A stretch of DNA of 32,000 nucleotides from positions 1,590,001 to 1,622,000 of the forward strand of contig NC_014833.1 of assembly GCF_000179635.2 (NCBI RefSeq), read 5' to 3'. Both the position numbers and the translations under genes were made by a program. Below the pieces are notes generated by a model. The model searched no databases, was not told where the DNA came from, and saw only the letters and a program-made list of their open reading frames with translations. Shown here one piece after another: positions 1 to 9,116 of this stretch. Every line of letters begins with the position of its first letter. The stretch's first letter is position 1. This DNA is from Ruminococcus albus 7 = DSM 20455. Its GTDB lineage: Bacteria > Bacillota > Clostridia > Oscillospirales > Ruminococcaceae.

Positions 1-261
1 CTTTTAGATGATCTAATTAATGACCTTGAAAAGCGATACTCGGTTTTATTGAAACGAAGCGATGAAGCAAATATTCGTTTCCCGCGTCCACAGGAAGACG
101 TATTAAAAAGTCGTTTAGAATATGAACAGTGGTATAATGAAGCTCGCGAAAGGGTTCAGACATTTCTTGAAGATGAAGAAATACACAAGCAGACAATGGA
201 AGAACTTGAAAGGCGAAAAGAACATAACCTTGAATTGCTCAGAAAATACAAGATTATTTAA
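1..261 (+). CDS. Hypothetical protein, 3' end only (gene starts upstream of window); paralog of 311..1672
   Basis: The frame is open from base 1 to TAA 259-261. The last ~85 aa (LLDDLINDLEKRY...EDEEIHKQTMEELERRKEHNLELLRKYKII) are near-identical to the C-terminus of the next gene. Confidence 0.6.
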   Translation, partial: LLDDLINDLEKRYSVLLKRSDEANIRFPRPQEDVLKSRLEYEQWYNEARERVQTFLEDEEIHKQTMEELERRKEHNLELLRKYKII

Positions 262-310
262 TGAAAAATCGTTGACAAATAAAATTATACAAGCATTACA
301 GGAGAAATAT

Positions 311-1672
311 ATGGGAAACTTTTCAAATACAGTGCATTTTAAGATAGGTGACAAAGAAAAATTTGTCAAAGGTATCAATGCATATATGAAAAAGAAAGGC
401 TTTGTGCCATGTGATGACGATGAAGCCGTGAAAACTTATATCATTGCGTTATCTGTTGATCAGCAGTGGTCAACTCTTGCTGATATGGACAGCAGTGATG
501 AATCAAGAGCGCTTTTTAATGATGCCAAGGCTGTTTCAAAAAGCATGAAACTTCCGTGTATTACCGAGGAAGTAACAGACAGCGATATCGCAGTACTTGA
601 ACTCTTTGACAAAACAGGAGAGAGTTCAGACAGGATCGTTGTGGGCGATGGTGAGATCTACGGCATGGGAAATAATGAAATAAAGCCCGAATGCTGGGAA
701 CCGCTGCTGAATAACAAAGCAGATATCGAAAAACTCATTGAGTTAATCGGTGAAAGTGATCTCATGGCTGATGAAAGACTTAGCATGATATCATCGCTTT
801 TCGGCGTGGATATGCTAGCTGATAGTGATGAACTCGGCATAAGAAATGACGAAAGTATATTAAGACTCAGTTTTAAAAAGGCTGAAGAAAAAAAGCCGAC
901 GTTAAACACTTTGTTTACTCAGATCTACGGTGAGGCACTTGAACCATTAGGATTTAAAAAGCCAAAAGTTCGTATGCCGTTATACGTTCGTGTTATCAAC
1001 GATGAGATCATACATATTGTAGGTATCCATGATATGAAAAATCAGCTGGTACCCTTTGGTGCGATCGCCACTGTTTACCGCAAAGATCTTTGTATTGACC
1101 GTACATTCCGACAAAACGAAACATGGTATAAAGATCTATGGGATTTCTATCATGAGTGGCATATAGCTGACGAACCATTTGATAAGGGCGGTTTTGACTA
1201 TTATAATGATCTTATGCCTTTATCAGACGCCGTTCAGAATTCATTTAATGCAACTATGACATGGATACTCCCTGTTCTTGATAATGTTAAAACGCTCAAA
1301 GATGTAGCAGATTATAATGAATGTATGTTTAAAAATCATATTACGGTTATTTCATTGCCAATAAATGAATCTCTTGCTGCGCCATATAGTGATACTGTGA
1401 TCAAGTATATTTTAGATGATCCGTTGTCTGATCTTGAAAAACGGTACTCTACTGCATTGAAAAAGATTGATGAATCAAATAAAAGATACAATTTTTCACA
1501 GGAAAAAATAACACAAGATCGTTTAGAATATGAACAACGATATAATGAATCTCGTCAAAGAGTGAAAACTTTTCTTGAAGATGAAGAAATACATAAGCAG
1601 ACAATGGAAGAACTTGAAAGGAGAAAAGAGCATAACCTTGAATTACTCAGGAAATACAAGATTATTTACTGA
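311..1672 (+). CDS. Hypothetical protein (453 aa), charged coiled-coil-like C-terminal tail; function unknown
   Basis: AGGAGA lies 7 nt upstream of ATG 311. The track ORF start at 122 would overlap the stop of the upstream paralog. The frame is long and uninterrupted. I recognise no catalytic motif. Confidence 0.7.
   Translation: MGNFSNTVHFKIGDKEKFVKGINAYMKKKGFVPCDDDEAVKTYIIALSVDQQWSTLADMDSSDESRALFNDAKAVSKSMKLPCITEEVTDSDIAVLELFDKTGESSDRIVVGDGEIYGMGNNEIKPECWEPLLNNKADIEKLIELIGESDLMADERLSMISSLFGVDMLADSDELGIRNDESILRLSFKKAEEKKPTLNTLFTQIYGEALEPLGFKKPKVRMPLYVRVINDEIIHIVGIHDMKNQLVPFGAIATVYRKDLCIDRTFRQNETWYKDLWDFYHEWHIADEPFDKGGFDYYNDLMPLSDAVQNSFNATMTWILPVLDNVKTLKDVADYNECMFKNHITVISLPINESLAAPYSDTVIKYILDDPLSDLEKRYSTALKKIDESNKRYNFSQEKITQDRLEYEQRYNESRQRVKTFLEDEEIHKQTMEELERRKEHNLELLRKYKIIY
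1411..1672 (+). repeat. Direct repeat (~260 bp, roughly 85% identical by eye) of 1..261; the shared 3' ends of the tandem paralogs
   Basis: By hand alignment, attttagatgatcc...gaagatgaagaaatacataagcagacaatggaagaacttgaaagg...aaatacaagattattta matches 1..261 with scattered substitutions. Confidence 0.85.
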
Positions 1673-1761
1673 AATATAACGGCGTTGCTACAAGCGGAAG
1701 TGTTCTTTCTTTTGAAGACGCGATTAATGGAGATGAATCAGGTGAAACAGCTCAGATCTAT

Positions 1762-2376
1762 ATGGATTTCCTTTTTGCTGATGATATTGCTGTAAAGCGC
1801 TATTATCTCAAACAGTACCTTTATAAGATCACTGGTTCAGAAAATATTGATCCAAACAGCAGAGGCGGAAATATCGATGCAAGAGACCTTCACATGGTCG
1901 AGCAGTTTATGGGAAGAACATTCGTTGATGTTGACGGCGAAAATCCAAACGCGCCTGCAGCAATTCTTAAACAGATATGCAACCGAATCGAAAACATCTA
2001 TTATTGTATTCTTAGCTGTCAAACAGAATTTAACAGGTACAGGCAGAAAATGGTAAATGGTGACAAACTTGATATTACACCATTAACAACTGACATAAGA
2101 GAAATGATTGCTTGCGGTGATTCGGAAGTTAATCTGCTTATATATAATCTTGGTGTTTATCTGCGTGTTTACGATCGCAGATGCAACACTCACTATTTTA
2201 AAGAATTCCAGACATTCTGTAATACCCTTTCTGATGAATATGCAGCTCTTGCAGAAATCTCAGGTTCAGAATCATTTTCCTATATTGGTACAGATGGTGT
2301 AAATAGTTTTGACGGTATAGCAAAAGTAAATTACCTAATTGTCGGGAGTTTTTTTGATGAAAAAAATATGTCATAA
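1762..2376 (+). CDS. Hypothetical protein (204 aa)
   Basis: This is the first ATG in a frame open from 1642. There is no clear RBS and no recognisable motif. Confidence 0.5.
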   Translation: MDFLFADDIAVKRYYLKQYLYKITGSENIDPNSRGGNIDARDLHMVEQFMGRTFVDVDGENPNAPAAILKQICNRIENIYYCILSCQTEFNRYRQKMVNGDKLDITPLTTDIREMIACGDSEVNLLIYNLGVYLRVYDRRCNTHYFKEFQTFCNTLSDEYAALAEISGSESFSYIGTDGVNSFDGIAKVNYLIVGSFFDEKNMS

Positions 2377-2568
2377 ACACACATATGCCGTTTTAAACGT
2401 ATCTGTCCAGAACAGCCGATCATATCAAGCCAAGTCATGACTTGAAAAAACAATAAAATACTTATAGGCAATCGGCTAATACATATAAATAGAAAGAGGT
2501 GTTTAAATTGACCAACGAATATCTCCACAGAAAAAATCCAGTAATACCACGGAAGGAGAAAACCATAC

Positions 2569-3846
2569 TTGATAAAATTCTTCGATATATTCGCAGGAAT
2601 CGGCGGTTTCCGCTCAGGCCTTGAGAAAGTAGGGGGCTTTGAGTGTGTCGGTTACTGCGAATGCGATAAGTTTGCAAAACAGGCTTATGAAGCCTTATAC
2701 GACACGCGGAAGGAGCTGTATTTTGATGATGCCAGAAAAATCGACCCAGAAGAACTGCCGGATATCGACCTTATTTGTGGAGGATTCCCTTGCCAGAGCT
2801 TTTCAATCGCTGGAAAGCGGCGAGGATTTGACGACGTCCGAGGAACTCTATTCTTTGAAATTGCCAGAATCGCTGCCGTTAAAAGACCTCGTTATCTGCT
2901 CATGGAGAATGTCCCCGGCTTACTGTCACATGACCAAGGCAGGACGTTTGAGATCATACTCCAGACGCTGGATGAACTGGGGTACGATGTCGCATGGCAG
3001 GTGCTTAACAGCGCAGATTTCGGTGTCCCCCAAGCCAGAAAAAGAGTGTTCATTATCGGATTTCTTAGAGGTGAATGTTCCGGCAGAGTATTGTCTTTCA
3101 CAGACGCAAACCCAAAAACTCTTATCAAACGCATACCCGGACGAGAAGGATGCAGAGTCTATTCTCCCGAAGGACTAAGCATAACGCTTACAGGCAATGC
3201 AGGCGGTTTCGGCGGAAGATCCGGTCTCTATGAAATACTTGGCCTGCCGATAAAGTCCCTTACAAAGACAGGTTATCAGATAGCTGTGCCGGGAGACAGC
3301 ATCGACCTTGCTTATGCAGATATGAACAGCCGCAGAGGACGTGTCGGTCACGATATAGCACATACTGTCACACCATCTGCAACTCAGGGATTCTACTCTG
3401 TGAAATGCATTGACCTCAACCCCGAACCTGCAATTACCGAACTTGCGAGGTGCATAACCGCAAGACAGAATAATGGAATGAGTACCCATAAGGGTGAGAA
3501 ATCAGCAGCTCTGCTTCTGGAAAAGCCGATCCCTGTGCTGACACCGATGAAAGAAAAAGTAAGACAGCAGGGCAGACGATTCAAGGATCCCGATGACCCC
3601 ATGTTCACAATAACTGTGACAGACAGAAACGGTGTGATGTACAACGGTCTTATCCGTAAACTTATGCCTCTTGAATGCTGGAGACTGCAGGGTTTTACAG
3701 ACGAGCAGTTCAGTAAGGTCAAGGCGGCAGGCATCTCAAATGCACAATTATACAAACAAGCCGGCAATGCGGTGACAGTTAATGTCATCGCAGCGCTGGC
3801 TTTATTTATTTTAGAAATCGATAAGGAGGTAAATCGAAATGAATGA
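2569..3846 (+). CDS. DNA (cytosine-5)-methyltransferase, orphan (no endonuclease partner in window)
   Basis: TTG start lies 10 nt after GGAAGGAG. C5-MTase motifs are present in order: I FDIFAGIGGF, IV GGFPCQSFS, VI ENV, VIII QARKRVFIIG, X GNAV. Confidence 0.95.
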   Translation: MIKFFDIFAGIGGFRSGLEKVGGFECVGYCECDKFAKQAYEALYDTRKELYFDDARKIDPEELPDIDLICGGFPCQSFSIAGKRRGFDDVRGTLFFEIARIAAVKRPRYLLMENVPGLLSHDQGRTFEIILQTLDELGYDVAWQVLNSADFGVPQARKRVFIIGFLRGECSGRVLSFTDANPKTLIKRIPGREGCRVYSPEGLSITLTGNAGGFGGRSGLYEILGLPIKSLTKTGYQIAVPGDSIDLAYADMNSRRGRVGHDIAHTVTPSATQGFYSVKCIDLNPEPAITELARCITARQNNGMSTHKGEKSAALLLEKPIPVLTPMKEKVRQQGRRFKDPDDPMFTITVTDRNGVMYNGLIRKLMPLECWRLQGFTDEQFSKVKAAGISNAQLYKQAGNAVTVNVIAALALFILEIDKEVNRNE

Positions 3847-4609
3847 TATAATGACTTTTGTAAATGAAGACTTCGGCTCGGTGAGGACAGTCAGCATTAA
3901 CGGCGAGCCGTGGCTGGTGGGCAAGGATATAGCATTAATGCTTGGTTACAGCAATCCTCATAAAGCGATAAGAGACCATGTTGACGATGAGGACAAAGGG
4001 GTGAACGAATCGGTCACCCCCGGTGGAAGGCAGAGGACAATAGTAATAAACGAAAGTGGTTTTTACTGCCTTGTGCTTTCAAGCAAACTTCCGAGTGCTA
4101 AAAAGATCAAGCGTTGGGTCACATCTGAGATCCTCCCAACGATTCGTAAAACAGGCGGTTATGTCAATGATGCAGATAAATTCGTAAACACTTATCTGCC
4201 CTTTGCTGATGAACCGACAAAGGAGCTGTTCAAGATACAGTTTGAGTATATCGGTCAGCTGAATGAACGTATTCGCCGTGATGAACCTAAGGTCAGATTT
4301 GCAGACCATGTGTCCGAAACAGCAGACCTCATCGACATGAACGAAATGGCAAAGATATGTGCGGATCACGGTATACGCATAGGACGCACAAGGCTGTTCA
4401 GGTGGCTGAGGTCAAAGGGTATCCTGATGGACGGAAATCTGCCTTATCAGGAGTATATAGAACGCGGTTATTTCAGAGTAAAAGAAAGCGTGTTCAACAG
4501 GGGCGGCGAGCTGAAGATCTATCGTCAGACATACCTTACAGGCAAGGGACAGCAGTATGTTCTTGGAAGGCTGATAAGAGAAAATGAAACGGAGGTGCTT
4601 GATGCCTAA
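3839..4609 (+). CDS. BRO-N / KilAC-domain antirepressor-like protein
   Basis: AAGGAGG RBS; the start overlaps the dcm-like stop by 8 nt. The N-terminus FGSVRTVSINGEPWLVGKDIALMLGYSNPHKAIRDHVDDEDKG is Bro-N-like. The C-terminus MNEMAKICADHGIRIGRTRLFRWLRSKGIL...PYQEYIERGYF is KilAC/ANT-like. Confidence 0.85.
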   Translation: MNDIMTFVNEDFGSVRTVSINGEPWLVGKDIALMLGYSNPHKAIRDHVDDEDKGVNESVTPGGRQRTIVINESGFYCLVLSSKLPSAKKIKRWVTSEILPTIRKTGGYVNDADKFVNTYLPFADEPTKELFKIQFEYIGQLNERIRRDEPKVRFADHVSETADLIDMNEMAKICADHGIRIGRTRLFRWLRSKGILMDGNLPYQEYIERGYFRVKESVFNRGGELKIYRQTYLTGKGQQYVLGRLIRENETEVLDA

Positions 4610-5498
4610 TCATATTACTAACCGAATAAAGCTTAGCGGAGAAGATGCAGATGTTCACAAACTCATGGAAGAAATCAAAAACGATGAATTCGGATTGGGA
4701 ACGATAGATTTTGAAAAAGTCATATCCATGCCGGATAACATCTACAGAGGAAGTATAGGAGAAGCCGAAGAAAAACTCTATGGTAAAAACAACTGGTACG
4801 ACTGGAGTTTGGCAAACTGGGGTACAAAATGGAATGCATACGGTTACTATGAAGGCGAAGACTATTCATGCAATAAAGATAGTCTTCGCTTTCTTTCTGC
4901 CTGGTCAGCACCACACCCTGTTATCCAAAAGCTGTCCGAAATGTTTCCATGCGTGAAGATCGAACATAAGTGGGCTGATGAGGACATAGGTGTGAACTGC
5001 GGGCGCCGTACCTATTATAACGGCGAGAGGATAGAGGAATACTATCCGGATTACGGAAAAGAAAGCATAGAGTTCGCCGCAAAAGTTATGGAAATTCAGC
5101 TTGAGGAAGACTGTTGTCTTTATCTGAACGCCTCGGAAACAGGATATATCAACATCGAATATGACGATGGATACGAGCTTATTGAACTGTTTGGCAAGCC
5201 CGCACTGTTCACAAATGAGAGGATAACAGACGCAGATATCCCTAAAGGAATGTGCTGCTATCATCTGAGACACGGTGATGATGGAGATATCTGTGCTATA
5301 GAAAAGCGTGTTTCTGTAAACCATGCAGGTTCTGTGGTAACAAAAGATCCTGTAGATTTTGGCAAACAAGGTCGTATCACCTTTACAGAAGATACTTCAC
5401 CCAATTTCATCGGTGAGACTATGTCACTGTATGAATTCAGGGAATATAAACCGAAACAGTCGGAAGATGAAAACATTGGAATGGAGTTGAAACAATGA
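4602..5498 (+). CDS. ICE polyvalent-protein-type domain protein (DUF1281/Api92-like N-domain; C-terminal region resembling LPD28)
   Basis: GGAGG RBS precedes ATG 4602 (MPNHITNRIKLSG...NWYDWSLANWGTKWNAYG). The track start 4584 lies inside the upstream gene. The family assignment is from memory of the MPNW...NWGTKWN signature. Confidence 0.6.
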   Translation: MPNHITNRIKLSGEDADVHKLMEEIKNDEFGLGTIDFEKVISMPDNIYRGSIGEAEEKLYGKNNWYDWSLANWGTKWNAYGYYEGEDYSCNKDSLRFLSAWSAPHPVIQKLSEMFPCVKIEHKWADEDIGVNCGRRTYYNGERIEEYYPDYGKESIEFAAKVMEIQLEEDCCLYLNASETGYINIEYDDGYELIELFGKPALFTNERITDADIPKGMCCYHLRHGDDGDICAIEKRVSVNHAGSVVTKDPVDFGKQGRITFTEDTSPNFIGETMSLYEFREYKPKQSEDENIGMELKQ

Positions 5499-6082
5499 GT
5501 ATTGAAATTATAGAAGCTGAAAAGCTGCGTACAATGTCAGAGGATGAGGGACTTATCCTGCAGGGCTGCGGCGGTGAGCTGAAGGAATGGCTTAACGGGA
5601 TAAATGATATGCTGACAGATCAAGGAATACTTCAGAAAGGCAGCAGATTTGAGGATATCTCTGTCTTTCAGCATGACAGCTGTACCTGTATACTGTTTCC
5701 TTTTAAGGGCGTAGATATTGACATCGGTAAGCTTGCTATGTGGCGCTTGCAGACTCACGCTCAGTTCGGCGGCACCTGGCTTTCCGACTATGTCCCGAAC
5801 CGACTAGGCGGATTCGTGACCGAGGAACACAGTCAGGAAAGCCCCAAACCAAGATGTCCGCTTATTGGTGCTGACGGAAATATTTTCAATCTTATAGGGA
5901 TCGAAGCAAGAACTCTCAGAAGAAATGGAATGAGTAATGAAGCAAAGGAGATGTCTGAACGTGTTACAAACTCGGGCAGCTATAATGAAGCGCTGAGTAT
6001 TATCGGAGAGTATGTGGATATATGCTCGGAGGATGAAATGGAAGAAGAGACAATAGATATCGAAGGAGGAATGTCAGAATGA
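5495..6082 (+). CDS. Hypothetical ICE-associated protein (195 aa)
   Basis: ATGA stop/start overlap with the upstream gene (translational coupling). The C-terminal CPLIGADGNIFNLIGIEARTLRRNGMSNEAKEMSERV...SYNEALSIIGEYV segment looks like a domain I have seen in mobile-element polyvalent proteins, but I cannot name it. Confidence 0.55.
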   Translation: MSIEIIEAEKLRTMSEDEGLILQGCGGELKEWLNGINDMLTDQGILQKGSRFEDISVFQHDSCTCILFPFKGVDIDIGKLAMWRLQTHAQFGGTWLSDYVPNRLGGFVTEEHSQESPKPRCPLIGADGNIFNLIGIEARTLRRNGMSNEAKEMSERVTNSGSYNEALSIIGEYVDICSEDEMEEETIDIEGGMSE

Positions 6083-6225
6083 CAATGTTGTTTGTTGGAA
6101 TGATCATCGGTGGTATAATCGGACTGCTTATTGGTGGATTTTCAACTGCTTGGTATGATGCAAGTAAGGAGATCGCAAGACTGAATCGTGAGCGCAGAGA
6201 AGAAAAGAATAATATAAGCAGATAA
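6079..6225 (+). CDS. Small single-pass membrane protein (48 aa), not on ORF track
   Basis: ATGA overlap with the stop of 5495..6082. Translation is MTMLFVGMIIGGIIGLLIGGFSTAWYDASKEIARLNRERREEKNNISR: one glycine-zipper TM helix plus a basic tail. A terminator hairpin follows. Confidence 0.4.
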   Translation: MTMLFVGMIIGGIIGLLIGGFSTAWYDASKEIARLNRERREEKNNISR

Positions 6226-6236
6226 AAAAACATAGT

Positions 6237-6275
6237 CGTTTTGCCGATGGCGGCAAAGCGGCTTTTCTCTTTTTC
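6237..6275 (+). terminator. Rho-independent terminator candidate
   Basis: cgttttgccg-atgg-cggcaaagcg forms a 10-bp stem (one G:U) followed by gcttttctcttttt. Confidence 0.55.
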
Positions 6276-6305
6276 GTCATCGGCAATGATGACGGAAAGG
6301 AAAAA

Positions 6306-7349
6306 ATGAGTAATCAGCATTACGGCGGCTGTGACCCTCCCATTCCGTGGATAGGCGGGAAATCGGTTCTTATCCCGGTAATAAGGAGAATAATGCCCGA
6401 CTATCCGAAGAAGTATGTTGAGGCGTTCGGCGGCGGAGGTGCGCTGACCTTTTCGGGAAAGATAGCACCTATACAGATATATAATGACTTCAACCAGCAT
6501 CTCGTTAATTTCATGAGAACACTGAAATCAAGAGCTGATGAACTGATCAGCAGGCTGACAGGTGTATACAATGCAGATGGCAGTTTAAGAGAGGATCTTG
6601 TCAAAGAGTATTTTTTGAATGCAAGAGATCAGTTTATAATATCATCAAAGGTGTTTTATCATGGTGAAGATTTTGAAGACTTCTATGAACAGATAAAGAA
6701 GATCATCAATTCAGCACAGACCCATGATGAAAAGCTCCATAAACTGTGGCTTGCAGGCGAAATAATAAAAGAGTACGATGACCGTACAAAAGACCCTAAG
6801 CTTTGGGACGCTGTAAATTTCTATATACTTATGAAATGCAGCTATTCAGCAACTGGGACTAGCTGGGCTATAAAGCCTGTTAATTATGAGTCGGTAATAA
6901 ATCTTCTCAACGGTGCTTTTCGTATGCTTCAAAACGTCATCATCGAACATAAGGACTGCATCGACCTTATAAGATTTCACGATGCACCGGGAACGTTTTT
7001 CTACTGTGACCCGCCTTACTATATGGCGGAAGACCTGTATAACGGTGTTCCGCTGTTTGGAGATGATAAGCACAAACAGCTTCATGACACGCTTCTGAAC
7101 TGTGAAAGCAAGGTGCTGCTGTCCTACAATGACTGCCACTTTATAGATGAGCTGTACTGCGAGGACAAGTGGTTTAAGATGCGTGTAGCAAGACCCAACA
7201 GTATGATCCTGCATAACGAACCGGGTGCGCTGTACAATGAATTCCTCATAGCAAACTATGACATTTTCAGCCTATATAATAACGGGGTGCAAACAACATT
7301 TTTCAATGACTACGAACCTATTGACAATGAAGGGAGAATTGTTTTATGA
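6306..7349 (+). CDS. DNA N6-adenine methyltransferase, D12 (Dam-like) class, orphan
   Basis: The N-terminus PIPWIGGKSVLIPVIRRIMP...YVEAFGGGGAL carries the AdoMet motif. The catalytic motif FFYCDPPYY (DPPY) is present. Confidence 0.9.
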   Translation: MSNQHYGGCDPPIPWIGGKSVLIPVIRRIMPDYPKKYVEAFGGGGALTFSGKIAPIQIYNDFNQHLVNFMRTLKSRADELISRLTGVYNADGSLREDLVKEYFLNARDQFIISSKVFYHGEDFEDFYEQIKKIINSAQTHDEKLHKLWLAGEIIKEYDDRTKDPKLWDAVNFYILMKCSYSATGTSWAIKPVNYESVINLLNGAFRMLQNVIIEHKDCIDLIRFHDAPGTFFYCDPPYYMAEDLYNGVPLFGDDKHKQLHDTLLNCESKVLLSYNDCHFIDELYCEDKWFKMRVARPNSMILHNEPGALYNEFLIANYDIFSLYNNGVQTTFFNDYEPIDNEGRIVL

Positions 7350-7633
7350 ATAAGATCATTACAGGAACAGTAATATCAGTAAATGGAAAGTTTTCTTTTT
7401 CGGGACTTTATGATGCACAGGGCACTCCTGTCTGCATCAGCCTTGAAAAGAATGATGACGATATAATACTTGCAGTCGTAAAAGAGCCGGAAGAACATAA
7501 GAAAGACAGAACTGCCGACTGCGGGATATCCGAAGAAGAGATAGACAGGACTTGTCAGGCACAGGATAACTGCGATGATTGCCCGCTGTTTGACTATTGC
7601 ATGGAGGTTTATGCAGATGAATACGATAAATGA
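7346..7633 (+). CDS. Hypothetical protein (95 aa), Cys-rich acidic C-terminus
   Basis: ATGA overlap with the methyltransferase stop. The sequence contains CQAQDNCDDCPLFDYC. No family is recognised. Confidence 0.5.
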   Translation: MNKIITGTVISVNGKFSFSGLYDAQGTPVCISLEKNDDDIILAVVKEPEEHKKDRTADCGISEEEIDRTCQAQDNCDDCPLFDYCMEVYADEYDK

Positions 7634-8633
7634 AATGCTTGGTGAAAAGCACTGTGAACAGCATAGCGAACCACAGGACTATGAGGACAAGCTCCTTATT
7701 ATCAAGCCCGAAAAGCTAAAGGAGCAGTACCGTAACCCAGTAGTCCAGTATTTTTATGCCACAAGCGGATTTGGCTGTAATCCGATAAACGGAGAAAAGA
7801 AAGTGTTCGGACATTTCCTTGCCGACGGGATGAAAGAACAGCTTTACCGCAGTGATTTTGTAGGTGTTGCTGACAAAAATCAGCTTCCGTCATGGGCAAC
7901 CAGAAGGCTTGAGATACTTGAAAAGCCAAAGATGAAGATCCGTGTTTTTCAGCTGAAAAACGGCAGTGACAACCTTTTTATGAACCATGATCATACTATG
8001 TCACATGGAGATATACAGGCAGAGAAATATATGCAGGTCTATGGCGGTGAAGTACTTGCAGACAGTCTGGAAGAAGTGTTCACAATCGGCAATACAGATC
8101 AGCCGCCCGGATATTTTGGACGTTCTCTTTCGGTCAGTGACGTTATCCAGGTATGCGAGGGTAAGGAAAAGGGGTTCTATTTTGTTGACAGCTTCGGATT
8201 CAAAAAGACAGAGGATTTCGATATCGAAAAGACAGACCACAAAAAAATGATGAAGATACTTGTGCTCGAAAATGACAGACAGCCCTATACAGCCGAGATC
8301 AGACGAGAGATCCATGCAATGCAGAGTGTGGTAGGAGGCTGTATAGAGCCTGTGTATTTTGAACCGAAGGGTGATGCACTCTGCTGGTGCAATGATGAGT
8401 TCCTGCTGAACGGATCCGCCCCAAATCGTAAGATAGGGGAAGTACTTGTTCACGGTACATGTTATATTTCGGGTGACAGTGTGAACGAGTATGGTGAGTA
8501 TGACTCCTGTTCACTAACAGACGAGCAGATCGAAAGGTATAAAGAGATGTTCCCGCAGTCTGTCATATGTCTGGTCAAAGCAGAAGATATGGCAGAAAAT
8601 GAATCGGAGTGCTTAACGCAGAATATGGATTGA
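7617..8633 (+). CDS. YodL-like + DUF3846 domain protein (ICE polyvalent-protein module)
   Basis: GGAGG lies 9 nt before ATG 7617 (MNTINEML). The YodL-type segment is IRVFQLK...YMQVYGGEV...LEEVFTIGN...PPGYFGRSLSVSDVIQV...FYFVDSFGF. The DUF3846-type segment is MKILVLENDRQPYTAEIRREIHAMQSVVGGCIEPVY...CNDEFLLNGSAPNR. Confidence 0.75.
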   Translation: MNTINEMLGEKHCEQHSEPQDYEDKLLIIKPEKLKEQYRNPVVQYFYATSGFGCNPINGEKKVFGHFLADGMKEQLYRSDFVGVADKNQLPSWATRRLEILEKPKMKIRVFQLKNGSDNLFMNHDHTMSHGDIQAEKYMQVYGGEVLADSLEEVFTIGNTDQPPGYFGRSLSVSDVIQVCEGKEKGFYFVDSFGFKKTEDFDIEKTDHKKMMKILVLENDRQPYTAEIRREIHAMQSVVGGCIEPVYFEPKGDALCWCNDEFLLNGSAPNRKIGEVLVHGTCYISGDSVNEYGEYDSCSLTDEQIERYKEMFPQSVICLVKAEDMAENESECLTQNMD

Positions 8634-8646
8634 AAGGAATGATAAT

Positions 8647-9012
8647 ATGAAGATAAATGCCAATATAAACAGGATCATAGACAAGCCGGATTCGAGCATC
8701 AAAGCCTTTGCATCAGCAAGTTTTGACGGTTATTTCGCGGTTCACGGCATAAAGGTATGCGAGGGTGAAAAGGGATTGTTCATATCAATGCCCTCGACCT
8801 CCTATTCCAATCAGAATGGAGAAAAGAAGTATCCGGACATATTTCACCCTATAACAAAAGGAGCAAGAGAAGCGCTGAATACAGCTGTAATTAGAGCGTA
8901 TAACTCTGCACTTGCACAGTCTCAGGAATCAGACATAGAAGTGCAGGATACTCCTGATGAAGAAACAGCAGAACAAAGCATTTATGATCACGATCCGAAG
9001 ATGCCTTTGTAA
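8647..9012 (+). CDS. SpoVG-family protein (mobile-element paralog)
   Basis: IKAFASASFDGYFAVHGIKVCEGEKGLFISMPS...YPDIFHPITKGAREALNTAV parallels the B. subtilis SpoVG pattern (AIASITLD..FVVHDIRVI.G..GLFVAMPS...DIAHPI). Confidence 0.85.
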   Translation: MKINANINRIIDKPDSSIKAFASASFDGYFAVHGIKVCEGEKGLFISMPSTSYSNQNGEKKYPDIFHPITKGAREALNTAVIRAYNSALAQSQESDIEVQDTPDEETAEQSIYDHDPKMPL

Positions 9013-9061
9013 AAAACAAGCTGGGAAATCAGTCGAAAAGGTAGAACTTTACAAAAAAGCC

Positions 9062-9090
9062 TTGACAAAAGGAAGCGTATGTAGTATCGT
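9062..9090 (+). promoter_or_regulatory. Possible sigma-A promoter for the surface-protein operon
   Basis: TTGACA (9062-9067), a 17-nt spacer, then TATCGT (9085-9090). The -10 element is weak. Confidence 0.3.
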
Positions 9091-9116
9091 AGTGCTAGAA
9101 GAGAGGAGCTGATAGC

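Noticed and set aside
2508-2624. 38-codon TTG-initiated ORF (MTNEYLHRKNPVIPRKEKTILDKILRYIRRNRRF...) with an AAGAGGTG RBS overlapping the methyltransferase start
   Set aside because: It is short and basic, and it overlaps the well-supported dcm-like start in another frame. It could be a leader peptide, but there is no conservation evidence.
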